In this document: positions 8,731 through 21,254 of the stretch, piece after piece | Numbering within the stretch: the first letter of the stretch is position 1 | How the letters are laid out: every line of letters starts with the position of its first letter | Assembly (NCBI RefSeq): GCF_000011805.1 | Contig: NC_006840.2 | Source: Aliivibrio fischeri ES114 | Lineage (GTDB): Bacteria > Pseudomonadota > Gammaproteobacteria > Enterobacterales > Vibrionaceae | Strand: one strand, 5' to 3' | Length of the DNA stretch: 32,000 nt | Notes under the pieces: model-generated | The model's database searches: none | Seen by the model: only the letters and a program-made list of their open reading frames with translations | What the model was told of the DNA's origin: nothing | Translations under genes and position numbers: made by a program

Positions 8731-8824
8731 TGGATTCCGTTAAGTAAGGCCAAACACTAAATATTTGTAATTTGAAGAAACTGAAAAGTTTTGGATAACC
8801 TGAAGACAACAACGGAGATATTCC

Positions 8825-9295
8825 ATGCCACGTCGTCGCGTAATTGGTCAGCGTAAGATCCTTCCAGATCCTAAGTTCAAATCTGAGCTGCTGGCAAAAT
8901 TTGTAAACATCGTAATGGTTGACGGTAAGAAATCAACTGCTGAAAAAATCGTTTACGGTGCACTAGATCTTATGGCTGAGAAGTCTGGTAAAGACCACTT
9001 AGCTGTATTTGAAGAAGCTCTTGAAAATGTTCGTCCTGCGGTAGAAGTTAAATCTCGCCGTGTGGGTGGTTCAACTTACCAAGTGCCTGTAGAAGTACGT
9101 CCGGTTCGCCGTAACGCACTTGCTATGCGTTGGATGGTTGAAGCTGCGCGTAAGCGTGGTGAAAAATCTATGGCTCAACGTCTTGCTAACGAAATGTTAG
9201 ACGCGTCTGAGAACAAAGGTACTGCGGTTAAGAAACGTGAAGACGTTCACCGTATGGCTGATGCTAACAAAGCATTCGCTCATTACCGCTGGTAA
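8825..9295 (+). CDS. rpsG: 30S ribosomal protein S7
   Basis: [47 protein letters not shown]... Confidence 0.99.
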   Translation: MPRRRVIGQRKILPDPKFKSELLAKFVNIVMVDGKKSTAEKIVYGALDLMAEKSGKDHLAVFEEALENVRPAVEVKSRRVGGSTYQVPVEVRPVRRNALAMRWMVEAARKRGEKSMAQRLANEMLDASENKGTAVKKREDVHRMADANKAFAHYRW

Positions 9296-9300
9296 TACCG

Positions 9301-9335
9301 AAGGTGCAGCAGTCCTTGCTGCACCTTACTTTTTC
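9301..9335 (+). terminator. Intra-operon terminator-like or attenuator-like hairpin between rpsG and fusA
   Basis: AAGGTGCAGCA (9301-9311) / TGCTGCACCTT (9317-9327) is a perfect 11-bp stem with a GTCCT loop, followed by ACTTTTT. Confidence 0.7.
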
Positions 9336-9426
9336 CCCTATTTAGTAAAACACTTAGTCATTATCGCTATTTCAATGCATAAGCGTTGGGTAATAGCAAT
9401 AATCCCTAAGATAAGAGGATACAACC

Positions 9427-11523
9427 GTGGCTCGAAATACACCTATTGAGCGCTACCGTAATATCGGTATCTGTGCTCACGTAGATGCAGGTAAAACTAC
9501 TACTACTGAGCGTATTCTGTTCTATACTGGCCTTTCTCACAAAATCGGCGAAGTTCACGATGGTGCAGCAACCATGGACTGGATGGAGCAAGAGCAAGAG
9601 CGTGGTATCACAATTACCTCAGCGGCAACTACCACATTCTGGCGTGGTATGGATGCGCAATTCCAAGATCACCGTATTAATATCATCGATACTCCTGGAC
9701 ACGTTGACTTCACAATCGAAGTAGAACGTTCTCTGCGTGTACTTGATGGTGCAGTTGTTGTGTTCTGTGGCTCGTCTGGTGTTGAACCTCAATCTGAAAC
9801 TGTATGGCGTCAAGCTGATAAATACGGTGTTCCACGTATCGTGTTCGTTAACAAAATGGACCGTGCTGGTGCAGATTTCTTACGTGTTGTAGATCAAATT
9901 AAAAATCGTCTTGGTGCTACTCCTGTTCCAATTCAATTAAACATTGGTGCTGAAGAGGACTTTAGTGGTGTTGTTGACCTTATCAAGATGAAACGAATCA
10001 ACTGGAATGAAGCCGACCAAGGCATGACCTTCACATACGAAGAAATTCCAGCTGATATGCAAGAGCTTGCTGAAGAATGGCGTCAAAACCTAGTTGAAGC
10101 AGCGGCAGAAGCGTCTGAAGAGCTGATGGACAAATACCTTGAAGGTGAAGAACTGTCTGAAGCAGAAATCAAAGAAGCACTACGTACTCGTACATTAAAT
10201 AACGAAATCGTACTGGCTACTTGTGGTTCAGCGTTTAAAAACAAAGGTGTTCAAGCTGTACTTGATGCTGTTATCGAATTCTTACCTGCACCAGTTGACG
10301 TTCCTGCGATCAAAGGTGTGGATGAAAATGATAACGAAGTTGAGCGTCATGCAGACGACAACGAACCGTTTGCTGCACTTGCATTTAAAATTGCAACAGA
10401 CCCATTTGTTGGTTCATTGACCTTTATGCGTGTTTACTCTGGTGTGGTTAACACAGGTGACGCAGTATATAACTCAGTGAAACAAAAGCGTGAACGTTTT
10501 GGGCGTATCGTTCAACTTCATGCTAACAAGCGTGAAGAAGTGAAAGAAGTACGTGCTGGTGATATTGCTGCTGCAATCGGCCTTAAAGACGTAACAACAG
10601 GTGATACTCTGTGTGACCAAAACGCAAAAGTAATTCTTGAGCGTATGGAATTCCCAGAACCTGTTATTCAGATCGCTGTAGAACCAAGAACACAAGCTGA
10701 CCAAGAGAAAATGGGTATCGCACTAGGTAAACTAGCGGCAGAAGATCCATCTTTCCGTGTAGAAACTGATGAAGAATCAGGTCAAACACTGATTTCTGGC
10801 ATGGGTGAGCTACACTTAGATATTATCGTTGATCGTATGAAGCGTGAGTTCAGTGTTGAATGTAACGTTGGTAAGCCTCAAGTGGCATACCGTGAAACTA
10901 TCCGTGGTACTACGGAAGTTGAAGGTAAATTCGTACGTCAATCTGGTGGTCGCGGTCAATACGGTCACGTATGGCTGAAAATCGAACCATCAGAACCAGA
11001 TGCTGGTTTCGTTTTTGTTGACGAAATTGTAGGTGGTGCTGTTCCTCGTGAATACATCAGCTCAGTAGCTAAAGGTATCGAAGAGCAAATGCATAACGGC
11101 GTGTTAGCAGGTTATCCTGTACTTGACGTTAAAGCTACGCTATTTGATGGCTCATACCTCGATGTTGACTCCAGTGAAATGGCGTTCAAGATCGCGGGTT
11201 CAATGGCATTCAAGAAAGGTGCACTAGAAGCGCAACCTGTTATTCTTGAACCAATGATGAAAGTTGAAGTAACCACTCCAGAAGACTGGATGGGTGATGT
11301 TGTTGGTGACTTAAACCGTCGTCGCGGCATGATTGAAGGTATGGACGATGGTGTTGCTGGATTGAAAATTATCCGTGCACAAGTTCCGCTTTCAGAAATG
11401 TTTGGTTATGCAACATCTTTGCGTTCTGCGACTCAAGGTCGTGCGTCTTATTCTATGGAATTCGCCGAATATGGTGAAGTTTCTAAGAATATTGCCGACA
11501 GAATCATCGCTGAGCGTGGATAA
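9427..11523 (+). CDS. fusA: Elongation factor G
   Basis: GTG start; [35 protein letters not shown]...; full-length 698 aa. Confidence 0.99.
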   Translation: MARNTPIERYRNIGICAHVDAGKTTTTERILFYTGLSHKIGEVHDGAATMDWMEQEQERGITITSAATTTFWRGMDAQFQDHRINIIDTPGHVDFTIEVERSLRVLDGAVVVFCGSSGVEPQSETVWRQADKYGVPRIVFVNKMDRAGADFLRVVDQIKNRLGATPVPIQLNIGAEEDFSGVVDLIKMKRINWNEADQGMTFTYEEIPADMQELAEEWRQNLVEAAAEASEELMDKYLEGEELSEAEIKEALRTRTLNNEIVLATCGSAFKNKGVQAVLDAVIEFLPAPVDVPAIKGVDENDNEVERHADDNEPFAALAFKIATDPFVGSLTFMRVYSGVVNTGDAVYNSVKQKRERFGRIVQLHANKREEVKEVRAGDIAAAIGLKDVTTGDTLCDQNAKVILERMEFPEPVIQIAVEPRTQADQEKMGIALGKLAAEDPSFRVETDEESGQTLISGMGELHLDIIVDRMKREFSVECNVGKPQVAYRETIRGTTEVEGKFVRQSGGRGQYGHVWLKIEPSEPDAGFVFVDEIVGGAVPREYISSVAKGIEEQMHNGVLAGYPVLDVKATLFDGSYLDVDSSEMAFKIAGSMAFKKGALEAQPVILEPMMKVEVTTPEDWMGDVVGDLNRRRGMIEGMDDGVAGLKIIRAQVPLSEMFGYATSLRSATQGRASYSMEFAEYGEVSKNIADRIIAERG

Positions 11524-11631
11524 TATACTCAATACCCTTGCGTCAAGAGCAATTGACGCATAAAATAGCAAATTCTGGCGCGCCTTATCACTGTTCGATA
11601 AGGCGAATCATAACTAGGAAGGAACACGATC

Positions 11632-12816
11632 GTGTCTAAAGAAAAATTTGAACGTACGAAACCGCACGTAAACGTTGGTACTATCGGCCACGTTGACCAC
11701 GGTAAAACAACTCTAACAGCTGCTATCTGTACTACACTTGCAAAAATCTACGGCGGTGTAGCTAAAGATTTCGCATCAATCGATAACGCTCCTGAAGAGC
11801 GCGAGCGTGGTATCACAATCTCAACTTCTCACGTTGAGTACGATACTCCTGCACGTCACTACGCACACGTTGACTGTCCTGGACACGCCGATTATGTTAA
11901 AAACATGATCACTGGTGCTGCTCAAATGGATGGTGGTATCCTAGTTGTTGCTGCAACAGATGGTCCAATGCCACAAACTCGTGAGCACATCCTACTTGGT
12001 CGTCAAGTTGGTATCCCTTACATCATCGTATTCATGAACAAATGTGACATGGTTGATGATGAAGAGCTTCTAGAACTAGTTGAAATGGAAGTTCGTGAAC
12101 TTCTTTCTGAGTACGACTTCCCAGGTGATGATCTACCAGTAATTCAAGGTTCAGCTCTTGGCGCTCTAAACGGCGAAAAAGAGTGGGAAGACAAGATCGT
12201 TGAGCTTGCAGAAGCACTAGATTCTTACATCCCAGAACCAGAGCGTGCTGTTGACCAACCGTTCCTACTACCAATTGAAGATGTATTCTCAATCCAAGGT
12301 CGTGGTACAGTTGTAACTGGTCGTATCGAGCGTGGTATCCTACGCGTAGGTGACGAAGTAGAAATCGTTGGTATCAAAGAAACAACAATGACTACTTGTA
12401 CAGGTGTTGAAATGTTCCGTAAACTGCTTGACGAAGGTCGTGCAGGTGAGAACGTTGGTGCACTACTACGTGGTACTAAGCGTGATGACGTTGAACGTGG
12501 CCAAGTACTTGCTGCTAAAGGTTCAATCAACCCACACACTAAATTTGAGTCAGAAGTGTACGTTCTTTCTAAAGATGAAGGCGGCCGTCACACTCCTTTC
12601 TTCAAAGGTTACCGTCCACAGTTCTACTTCCGTACAACTGACGTAACAGGCGACATCACTCTACCAGAAGGCGTAGAAATGGTAATGCCAGGTGACAACG
12701 TTCAAATGACGGTTGAGCTAATCGCTCCAATCGCAATGGACGAAGGTCTACGCTTCGCGATCCGTGAAGGTGGCCGTACAGTTGGTGCTGGTGTTGTTGC
12801 TAAAATCTTCGCTTAA
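11632..12816 (+). CDS. tuf: Elongation factor Tu
   Basis: GTG start; [42 protein letters not shown]...; 394 aa. Confidence 0.99.
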   Translation: MSKEKFERTKPHVNVGTIGHVDHGKTTLTAAICTTLAKIYGGVAKDFASIDNAPEERERGITISTSHVEYDTPARHYAHVDCPGHADYVKNMITGAAQMDGGILVVAATDGPMPQTREHILLGRQVGIPYIIVFMNKCDMVDDEELLELVEMEVRELLSEYDFPGDDLPVIQGSALGALNGEKEWEDKIVELAEALDSYIPEPERAVDQPFLLPIEDVFSIQGRGTVVTGRIERGILRVGDEVEIVGIKETTMTTCTGVEMFRKLLDEGRAGENVGALLRGTKRDDVERGQVLAAKGSINPHTKFESEVYVLSKDEGGRHTPFFKGYRPQFYFRTTDVTGDITLPEGVEMVMPGDNVQMTVELIAPIAMDEGLRFAIREGGRTVGAGVVAKIFA

Positions 12817-12848
12817 TAGCTAAAGATTTTGCGATATACCGCATGACT

Positions 12849-12876
12849 AAAAAAGGAAGCTTCGGCTTCCTTTTTT
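12849..12876 (+). terminator. Rho-independent terminator of the str operon
   Basis: AAAAAAGGAAGC-TTCG-GCTTCCTTTTTT, a stem with a tetraloop and a T-tract. Confidence 0.92.
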
Positions 12877-12925
12877 GTTGCTTGTAAGAAAATATAATTT
12901 TTTTCGTTTGTTTTTCAAACAATGC

Positions 12926-12953
12926 TTGCAACTAAAAGTGTGATCTGTATAAT
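12926..12953 (+). promoter_or_regulatory. Candidate S10 operon promoter
   Basis: TTGCAA (12926-12931), 16-nt spacer, TATAAT (12948-12953), about 275 nt upstream of rpsJ. Confidence 0.7.
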
Positions 12954-12960
12954 GCATCGC

Positions 12961-13540
<580 letters not shown>

Positions 13541-13552
13541 GGGGAGATTATT

Positions 13553-14182
13553 ATGATTGGTCTAGTCGGTCGTAAAGTGGGCATGACCCGCATCTTTACC
13601 GAAGAAGGCGTTTCTATCCCAGTAACTGTTGTTGAAGTTGAAGCTAACCGTGTTTCTCAAGTGAAAACTGTTGAAACTGATGGCTACAATGCAATCCAAG
13701 TTACTTGTGGTTCTAAGAAAGCTAACCGCGTATCTAAACCTGAAGCTGGTCACTTTGCGAAAGCAGGTGTTGAAGCAGGTCGTGGTCTTTGGGAATTCCG
13801 TTTAGAAAACGGTGAAGAATTCGCAGTAGGCGCTGAGCTAACTGTTGAAGTTTTCAACGAAATCAAAAAAGTAGACGTTACTGGTACATCTAAAGGTAAG
13901 GGCTTCCAAGGCGCTGTTAAGCGTTGGAACTTCCGTACTCAAGATATGACTCACGGTAACTCTTTGTCTCACCGTGCACCGGGTTCAATTGGCCAATGTC
14001 AAACTCCAGGTCGCGTATTCAAAGGCAAAAAAATGGCAGGTCACATGGGTGCTGAGCGTGTTACGACTCAAAACCTAGAGATCGTACGTGTTGACGCTGA
14101 GCGCAATCTGCTTCTTATTAAAGGTGCAGTACCAGGCTCAACAGGTGGCAACGTGATCGTTAAACCAGCTGTTAAAGCATAA
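13553..14182 (+). CDS. rplC: 50S ribosomal protein L3
   Basis: [36 protein letters not shown]... Confidence 0.99.
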   Translation: MIGLVGRKVGMTRIFTEEGVSIPVTVVEVEANRVSQVKTVETDGYNAIQVTCGSKKANRVSKPEAGHFAKAGVEAGRGLWEFRLENGEEFAVGAELTVEVFNEIKKVDVTGTSKGKGFQGAVKRWNFRTQDMTHGNSLSHRAPGSIGQCQTPGRVFKGKKMAGHMGAERVTTQNLEIVRVDAERNLLLIKGAVPGSTGGNVIVKPAVKA

Positions 14183-14199
14183 CGTCTTAGGAGTAAGTA

Positions 14200-14802
14200 A
14201 TGGAATTAATGGTTAAAGGTGCTGATGCACTAACTGTTTCCGAAACTACTTTCGGACGTGAGTTTAACGAAGCTCTTGTACACCAAGTAGTTGTTGCATA
14301 TGCAGCAGGTGCTCGTCAAGGCACTCGTGCTCAAAAAACACGTTCAGAAGTATCTGGCGGTGGCGCTAAGCCATGGCGTCAAAAAGGTACAGGCCGAGCT
14401 CGTGCGGGTACTATTCGTAGCCCAATCTGGCGTACAGGTGGTGTTACTTTTGCTGCGAAACCACAAGATCACAGCCAAAAAGTAAACAAAAAAATGTACC
14501 GTGGTGCTCTTAAGAGCATTCTTTCTGAGTTAGTTCGTCAAGATCGTCTGATCGTTGTAGACAACTTCTCAGTTGAAGCACCAAAAACTAAAGAGCTAGT
14601 TGCTAAGCTTAAAGAGCTTGAGCTTAACGATGTTCTTATCGTAACTGGCGAAGTAGACGAGAATCTATTCTTAGCTGCTCGTAACCTATACAAAGTTGAC
14701 GCACGTGACGTTGCTGGTATTGACCCAGTATCTCTAGTTGCATTCGACAAGGTTCTAATGACTGCAGCTGCAGTTAAGCAAGTTGAGGAGATGCTGGCAT
14801 GA
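14200..14802 (+). CDS. rplD: 50S ribosomal protein L4
   Basis: [70 protein letters not shown]... Confidence 0.99.
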
Positions 14803-15101
14803 TCAATGAAGAGCGTCTACTAAAAGTTCTACGTGGCCCACTAATCTCTGAAAAAGCAACAATGGCTGCTGAAGGCAATAACACTATTGTTTTCAAAGTA
14901 GCAATTAATGCAACTAAAAAAGAGATTAAAGCAGCTGTAGAAAAGTTGTTTGAAGTTGAAGTTAAGTCTGTAAATACTCTTATCACTAAGGGTAAAACTA
15001 AACGTCAAGGTTTACGCCAAGGCCGTCGTTCTGACGTGAAAAAAGCGTACGTAATCTTGAAAGAAGGTCAAGACTTAGACTTCGTTGGCGGCGCGGAATA
15101 A
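14799..15101 (+). CDS. rplW: 50S ribosomal protein L23
   Basis: [34 protein letters not shown]...; 4-nt ATGA overlap with rplD. Confidence 0.99.
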
Positions 15102-15116
15102 CAGGAGTAGTTAAAA

Positions 15117-15941
15117 ATGGCTATTGTTAAATGTAAGCCGACTTCCCCTGGTCGTCGTCACGTTGTTAAAATCGTTAACGCTGACCTACACAAGGGTAAA
15201 CCATACGCACCACTTCTAGAGAAAAACTCTAAGAACGGTGGTCGTAACAATAACGGTCGTATCACAGTACGTCACGTTGGTGGTGGTCACAAGCAACACT
15301 ACCGTCTAATTGACTTTAAACGTACAAAAGATGGCATTCCAGCTGTTGTTGAACGTTTAGAATACGATCCAAACCGTAGTGCAAACATTGCACTAGTTCT
15401 GTTCGCAGACGGTGAGCGTCGTTACATTATCGCACCAAAAGGCATTCAAGCTGGCGATACAGTACAATCAGGTGTTGATGCGCCAATCAAAGCAGGTAAC
15501 TGCCTACCATTGCGTAACATCCCAGTAGGTTCTACTGTTCACTGTGTTGAATTAAAACCTGGTAAGGGCGCGCAAATTGCTCGTTCTGCTGGTGCTTATG
15601 CACAGATCATTGCACGTGATGGCGCTTACGTTACATTACGTCTACGTTCTGGTGAGATGCGTAAAGTTCTTTCTGAAGGTCGTGCGACTATCGGTGAAGT
15701 TGGTAACTCTGAACACATGCTACGTGAGCTAGGTAAAGCTGGTGCTACACGCTGGCGCGGTGTTCGTCCAACAGTTCGCGGTGTTGCAATGAACCCAGTT
15801 GATCACCCACACGGTGGTGGTGAAGGTCGTACATCAGGCGGTCGTCACCCAGTATCACCATGGGGTATGCCAACTAAAGGCTTCAAGACTCGTAAGAACA
15901 AATCTACTGACAAGTACATTGTACGTCGTCGTAACAAATAA
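15117..15941 (+). CDS. rplB: 50S ribosomal protein L2
   Basis: [60 protein letters not shown]... Confidence 0.99.
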   Translation: MAIVKCKPTSPGRRHVVKIVNADLHKGKPYAPLLEKNSKNGGRNNNGRITVRHVGGGHKQHYRLIDFKRTKDGIPAVVERLEYDPNRSANIALVLFADGERRYIIAPKGIQAGDTVQSGVDAPIKAGNCLPLRNIPVGSTVHCVELKPGKGAQIARSAGAYAQIIARDGAYVTLRLRSGEMRKVLSEGRATIGEVGNSEHMLRELGKAGATRWRGVRPTVRGVAMNPVDHPHGGGEGRTSGGRHPVSPWGMPTKGFKTRKNKSTDKYIVRRRNK

Positions 15942-15960
15942 TCTATAAAGAGGAATCGCC

Positions 15961-16239
15961 ATGCCACGTTCTCTCAAGAAAGGTCCTTTTATTGACCTAC
16001 ACTTGCTGAAGAAGGTAGAGAAAGCGGTGGAAAGCGGAGACAAAAAGCCTGTTAAGACTTGGTCCCGTCGTTCAATGATCATTCCAACAATGATCAACTT
16101 GACCATCGCTGTCCATAATGGTCGCCAACATGTACCAGTTTTCGTAACAGAAGACATGATCGGTCACAAGTTGGGCGAATTTGCACCTACACGTACTTAT
16201 CGCGGCCACGCTGCTGATAAGAAAGCGAAAAAGCGTTAA
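15961..16239 (+). CDS. rpsS: 30S ribosomal protein S19
   Basis: [38 protein letters not shown]... Confidence 0.99.
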   Translation: MPRSLKKGPFIDLHLLKKVEKAVESGDKKPVKTWSRRSMIIPTMINLTIAVHNGRQHVPVFVTEDMIGHKLGEFAPTRTYRGHAADKKAKKR

Positions 16240-16249
16240 GAGGTAGAAT

Positions 16250-16582
16250 ATGGAAGCTATTGCTAAACATCGTTTTGCCGGTATTTCACCACAGAAAGCT
16301 CGCCTAGTTGCGGACCAAGTACGTGGTAAATCTGTAGACCAAGCTCTAGAAATCCTAACTTTCAGCAACAAAAAAGCTGCTGTATTAGTGAAGAAAGTTC
16401 TTGAGTCTGCAATCGCAAACGCTGAACACAACGAAGGTGCAGATATCGACGATCTAAATGTCGCTAAAATCTTCGTAGATGAAGGCCCTATCATGAAGCG
16501 TATTATGCCTCGTGCTAAAGGTCGTGCAGATCGCATCTTGAAGCGTTCAAGCCACATCACTATCGTTGTAGCTGATCGTTAA
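16250..16582 (+). CDS. rplV: 50S ribosomal protein L22
   Basis: [44 protein letters not shown]... Confidence 0.99.
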   Translation: MEAIAKHRFAGISPQKARLVADQVRGKSVDQALEILTFSNKKAAVLVKKVLESAIANAEHNEGADIDDLNVAKIFVDEGPIMKRIMPRAKGRADRILKRSSHITIVVADR

Positions 16583-16601
16583 AGACTAGGAGATTAAGCA
16601 A

Positions 16602-17300
16602 ATGGGTCAAAAAGTACATCCTAATGGTATTCGTCTTGGCATCGTTAAGCCTTGGAATGCTACATGGTTTGCTAGTAGCCAAGAGTTCGCTGACAACCTA
16701 GACGGCGACTTCAAGGTACGTCAGTATCTTACTAAAGAACTGAAAAAAGCATCTCTATCACGCATCGTTATCGAGCGTCCTGCTAAGAGCATCCGTGTGA
16801 CTATTCACACTGCTCGTCCAGGCGTTGTAATCGGTAAGAAAGGTGAAGACGTAGAGAAACTACGCGCAGGCGTAGCAAAAATCGCAGGTGTTCCAGCGCA
16901 AATTAACATTGCTGAAGTACGTAAACCTGAGCTTGACGGTCAGCTAGTTGCTGATAGCATCGCGTCTCAACTTGAGCGTCGTGTTATGTTCCGTCGTGCT
17001 ATGAAGCGTGCTGTACAAAATGCAATGCGTCTTGGCGCTAAAGGCATCAAAGTGGAAGTAAGCGGTCGTCTAGGCGGCGCTGAAATTGCACGTTCTGAGT
17101 GGTACCGTGAAGGTCGTGTGCCTCTACATACTCTACGTGCTGACATTGATTACGCAACTTCTTCGGCTCACACTCAATACGGTGTGATCGGCGTTAAAGT
17201 TTGGATCTTCAAAGGTGAAGTTCTAGGCGGTATGCCAGCTGCTAATGCAGTAGAGCCTAAGGCTGACAAGCCTAAGAAGCAGCGCAGAAGCCGTAAGTAA
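16602..17300 (+). CDS. rpsC: 30S ribosomal protein S3
   Basis: [43 protein letters not shown]... Confidence 0.99.
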
Positions 17301-17311
17301 GGAGCCGACTG

Positions 17312-17722
17312 ATGCTACAACCAAAACGTACTAAGTTCCGTAAGGTTATGACTGGTCGTAACCGTGGTCTTGCTAAAGGTACTGAAGTAAGCTTCGGCGA
17401 CTTCGGTCTTAAAGCTGTAGGCCGTGGTCGTCTAACTGCTCGTCAGATTGAAGCGGCTCGTCGTGCTATGACGCGTCACATTAAGCGTCAAGGTCAAATC
17501 TGGATCCGTGTGTTCCCAGACAAACCTATCACAGAAAAACCGCTTGAAGTTCGTCAAGGTAAGGGTAAAGGTAACGTTGAGTACTGGGTAGCCCAAATCC
17601 AACCTGGAAAGGTTATGTACGAAATGAACGGCGTACCTGAAGAGTTGGCACGTGAAGCGTTCCGCCTAGCGGCACGTAAACTGCCTATCAAAACTACTTT
17701 TGTAACTAAGCAGGTGATGTGA
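17312..17722 (+). CDS. rplP: 50S ribosomal protein L16
   Basis: [53 protein letters not shown]... Confidence 0.99.
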   Translation: MLQPKRTKFRKVMTGRNRGLAKGTEVSFGDFGLKAVGRGRLTARQIEAARRAMTRHIKRQGQIWIRVFPDKPITEKPLEVRQGKGKGNVEYWVAQIQPGKVMYEMNGVPEELAREAFRLAARKLPIKTTFVTKQVM

Positions 17723-17913
17723 TGAAAGCACAAGATCTACGCGAGAAAAACGTTGAAGAGCTAAATGAAGAGCTTCTGAATTTGCTACGTGAACAGTTCA
17801 ACTTGCGCATGCAAGCTGCGACTGGTCAACTACAGCAAACTCACACTCTGAAAGCTGTACGTCGTGATATCGCACGTGTTAAAACTTTACTGAATGAGAA
17901 GGCTGGCGCATAA
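17722..17913 (+). CDS. rpmC: 50S ribosomal protein L29
   Basis: [57 protein letters not shown]. Start set at ATG 17722, giving a TGATG overlap with rplP. Confidence 0.98.
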   Translation: MKAQDLREKNVEELNEELLNLLREQFNLRMQAATGQLQQTHTLKAVRRDIARVKTLLNEKAGA

Positions 17914-18167
17914 TGAGCGAGAAAATTCGTACTATGCAAGGTCGTGTAATTAGCGACAAAATGGACAAGTCTATTGTTGTTGCTATTGAACGCATGGTGA
18001 AACACCCGATCTACGGTAAATACATCAAGCGCACGACTAAGCTTCACGCACATGATGAAAACAACGAATGTGGCCTAGGCGACACAGTTGAGATTCGTGA
18101 ATGTCGTCCACTATCTAAGACTAAGTCTTGGACATTGGTAAACATTGTAGAAAAAGCAAAAGCTTAA
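17913..18167 (+). CDS. rpsQ: 30S ribosomal protein S17
   Basis: [49 protein letters not shown]...; TAATG overlap with rpmC. Confidence 0.99.
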   Translation: MSEKIRTMQGRVISDKMDKSIVVAIERMVKHPIYGKYIKRTTKLHAHDENNECGLGDTVEIRECRPLSKTKSWTLVNIVEKAKA

Positions 18168-18190
18168 TTTGTTGATTCTATAGCGACTTT

Positions 18191-18228
18191 AAGCGGCTCC
18201 GAATTTTTTTTGGGGCCGTTTATTTTTT
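18191..18228 (+). terminator. Terminator of the S10 operon, before the spc operon
   Basis: CGGCTCC ... GGGGCCG stem with an A/T-rich loop, followed by TTTATTTTTT. Confidence 0.7.
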
Positions 18229-18252
18229 GACTACCTTTATTTAAAAAATGGT

Positions 18253-18260
18253 GATACAAT
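18253..18260 (+). promoter_or_regulatory. Candidate spc operon promoter -10 (extended -10 TGATACAAT)
   Basis: TGATACAAT ends at 18260. The nearest -35-like TTGACT (18227-18232) is 22 nt upstream, so the -35 match is weak. Confidence 0.45.
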
Positions 18261-18331
18261 CCCCATCCCTTTTAAAGAGGCAGCCCGACCCGTGATGGGT
18301 CTAGTTTTAAATATTTAGCGGAGCACTAACA

Positions 18332-18703
18332 ATGATCCAAATGCAAAGTACACTTGACGCTGCAGATAACTCTGGTGCGCGCAAGGTAATGTGTATTAAG
18401 GTTCTGGGTGGCTCTCACCGCCGTTATGCACATATCGGAGATATCATCAAAGTTACTGTTAAGGAAGCAATTCCTCGCGGTAAAGTTAAAAAAGGTGATG
18501 TTCTGAAGGCGGTAGTAGTGCGCACCCGTAAAGGCGTTCGTCGCCCAGACGGTTCTATCATTCGCTTCGACCGTAATGCTTGCGTATTGTTGAATGACAC
18601 TACTGAGCAACCAGTCGGTACACGTATCTTTGGTCCAGTGACTCGTGAACTTCGTAACGCGAAATTCATGAAAATCGTTTCACTAGCACCAGAAGTTCTG
18701 TAA
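18332..18703 (+). CDS. rplN: 50S ribosomal protein L14
   Basis: [57 protein letters not shown]... Confidence 0.99.
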   Translation: MIQMQSTLDAADNSGARKVMCIKVLGGSHRRYAHIGDIIKVTVKEAIPRGKVKKGDVLKAVVVRTRKGVRRPDGSIIRFDRNACVLLNDTTEQPVGTRIFGPVTRELRNAKFMKIVSLAPEVL

Positions 18704-18716
18704 GGAGCGGCACAAA

Positions 18717-19031
18717 ATGGCAGCTAAAATCCGTCGTAATGACGAAGTAATCGTTCTTGTCGGTAAAGATAAAGGCAAGAAAGGTAAAGTAACTAAGGTT
18801 CTTGAAACTGGTAAAGTTATCGTTGAAGGTATCAACCTTGTTAAAAAACACCAAAAGCCTGTTCCGGCTCTTGGTCAACAAGGCGGTATTGTTGAGAAAG
18901 AAGCAGCTATTGATGCTTCTAACATCGCAATCTACAACGAAGCAACTGGTAAAGCGGACCGTATCGGTTTCCGTTTTGAAGAAGGCAAAAAAGTGCGTTT
19001 CTTCAAATCTAACGGTGAAACAATTAAGTAA
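18717..19031 (+). CDS. rplX: 50S ribosomal protein L24
   Basis: [57 protein letters not shown]... Confidence 0.99.
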
Positions 19032-19045
19032 TTTGGAGTTCTACT

Positions 19046-19582
19046 ATGGCGAAACTGCATGATTACTACAAGTCGTCTGTAGTCGCTGAGCTTACCAAAG
19101 AGTTCAGCTACACAAGCGTCATGCAAGTCCCTAGGGTTGAAAAGATCACCCTAAACATGGGTGTTGGTGAAGCAATCAACGATAAGAAACTACTAGAAAA
19201 CGCTGCTGCCGATATGGCAATTATCTCTGGTCAAAAACCATTGATTACTAAAGCACGTAAATCTGTAGCTGGTTTCAAAATCCGTGAAGGCTACCCAATC
19301 GGTTGTAAAGTAACCCTGCGTGGCGAACGTATGTGGGAATTCTTAGAGCGTTTAATCTCTATTGCACTTCCACGAGTACGTGATTTCCGTGGCGTTAGCG
19401 CGAAGTCTTTTGACGGTCGCGGTAACTACAGCATGGGCGTTCGCGAGCAAATCATCTTCCCTGAGATCGACTATGATAAAGTTGATCGTGTACGCGGTCT
19501 TGATATTACTATCACGACGTCTGCGAATACAGATGCGGAAGGCCGAGCTCTGCTGGCTGCCTTTAACTTCCCAATTCCGTAA
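19046..19582 (+). CDS. rplE: 50S ribosomal protein L5
   Basis: [48 protein letters not shown]... Confidence 0.99.
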
Positions 19583-19603
19583 GTAAGGGGAAGGGTTACT
19601 GTT

Positions 19604-19909
19604 ATGGGTAAACAATCAATGAAGGCACGTGAAGCTAAACGTGCGAAACTTGTAGCTAAGTTCGCTGAAAAGCGTGCTGCGCTAAAAGTTCTAATTAGCG
19701 ATGTTAATGCTTCTGAAGAAGAGCGTTGGGATGCAGTTCTTAAGCTGCAATCACTACCTCGTGATTCAAGTGCATCTCGTCAGCGTAATCGTTGTAACCA
19801 AACTGGTCGTCCACACGGTTACCTACGTAAGTTCGGTTTAAGCCGTATTAAGGTTCGTGAAGCTTGCATGAAAGGCGAGATTCCGGGTCTTCGTAAGGCT
19901 AGCTGGTAA
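19604..19909 (+). CDS. rpsN: 30S ribosomal protein S14
   Basis: [28 protein letters not shown]...[42 protein letters not shown] (long form with a single Cys, not the zinc-binding form). Confidence 0.99.
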   Translation: MGKQSMKAREAKRAKLVAKFAEKRAALKVLISDVNASEEERWDAVLKLQSLPRDSSASRQRNRCNQTGRPHGYLRKFGLSRIKVREACMKGEIPGLRKASW

Positions 19910-19938
19910 TTGCCACTTAATCATTTGGAGTAAATCTT

Positions 19939-20331
19939 ATGAGCATGCAAGATCCGATTTCGGATATGCTGACCCGCGTTCGCAACGGTCAAGCAGCAAA
20001 CAAAGTTGCTGTTAAAATGCCTTCTTCAAAGCTTAAAGTTGCAATCGCTGCACTGCTAAAAGCTGAAGGCTACATCGCTGATTTCGCTGTTGAAGGCGAC
20101 ATCAAACCTGAGCTAGAAATCACTTTAAAGTATTTCCAAGCTAAACCAGTTATCGAGCAAATCCAACGTGTTTCTCGTCCAGGTCTTCGTGTTTACAAGA
20201 AGAACGACGCGTTACCATCTGTAATGGGTGGTCTTGGTATTGCTGTTGTTTCTACATCAAAAGGCCTTATGTCTGACCGCGCTGCGCGTAAAGCTGGTCT
20301 TGGTGGCGAAATCATCTGCTACGTAGCTTAA
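19939..20331 (+). CDS. rpsH: 30S ribosomal protein S8
   Basis: [46 protein letters not shown]... Confidence 0.99.
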   Translation: MSMQDPISDMLTRVRNGQAANKVAVKMPSSKLKVAIAALLKAEGYIADFAVEGDIKPELEITLKYFQAKPVIEQIQRVSRPGLRVYKKNDALPSVMGGLGIAVVSTSKGLMSDRAARKAGLGGEIICYVA

Positions 20332-20343
20332 TAGGAGTAGGAT

Positions 20344-20877
20344 ATGTCTCGTGTTGCTAAAGCACCTGTAGTAATTCCTGCTGGCGTAGAAGTGAAACTG
20401 AACGGCCAGGAAATCACTATCAAAGGTGGTAAAGGTGAACTAACTCGCGTTCTTAACGACGCTGTAGTTATTTCACAAGAAGATAACACTATTGTATTTG
20501 GTCCACGCGAAGGCGTTACCAATGCTTGGGCTCAAGCTGGTACAGCTCGTGCACTAGTAAACAATATGGTTATCGGTGTAAATGAAGGCTTTACTAAGAA
20601 GCTAATTCTTAAAGGTGTAGGTTACCGTGCTGCTATGAAAGGCAACGCTGTAGGCCTAACTCTTGGCTTCTCACACCCTGTAGAGCACGCTCTACCAGAA
20701 GGTATTAAAGCTGAGTGTCCAACTCAAACTGAGATCGTTGTAACTGGTTGTGATAAGCAATTAGTTGGTCAAGTTGCTGCGGACCTTCGTTCATACCGTC
20801 AGCCTGAACCTTACAAAGGTAAAGGTGTTCGTTACGCCGATGAAATCGTGCGTACTAAAGAAGCTAAGAAGAAGTAG
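20344..20877 (+). CDS. rplF: 50S ribosomal protein L6
   Basis: [41 protein letters not shown]... Confidence 0.99.
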
Positions 20878-20886
20878 GGTATCACT

Positions 20887-21240
20887 ATGGATAAGAAAGC
20901 ATCTCGCATCCGTCGTGCTACACGTGCACGTCGTAAGATCGCTGAACTGTGTGCAACTCGCCTTGTAGTACACCGTACTCCGCGTCATACGTACGCTCAG
21001 GTAATCGCACCAAACGGCTCAGAGGTTATCGCTGCCGCTTCTACTGTAGAAAAGGCAATCCGTGAGCAACTTGGAAGCACTAGCAACAAAGCTGCTGCTG
21101 AAGCAATTGGTAAACTAATTGCTGAGCGCGCTATCGAAAAAGGCATTACTAATGTTGCTTTCGATCGTTCTGGTTTCCAATACCACGGCCGAGTAGCGGC
21201 GCTAGCAGAATCTGCTCGCGAAGCTGGTCTGAAATTCTAA
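20887..21240 (+). CDS. rplR: 50S ribosomal protein L18
   Basis: [58 protein letters not shown]... Confidence 0.99.
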   Translation: MDKKASRIRRATRARRKIAELCATRLVVHRTPRHTYAQVIAPNGSEVIAAASTVEKAIREQLGSTSNKAAAEAIGKLIAERAIEKGITNVAFDRSGFQYHGRVAALAESAREAGLKF

Positions 21241-21254
21241 GGTAGGGTTGGAAG

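Noticed and set aside
11112-12646. Several alternate-frame and antisense ORFs in fusA and tuf (e.g. 11112-11330, 12032-12292, 12225-12539, 12404-12646)
   Set aside because: Strong codon bias in highly expressed genes creates long off-frame open stretches. All are inside EF-G or EF-Tu.
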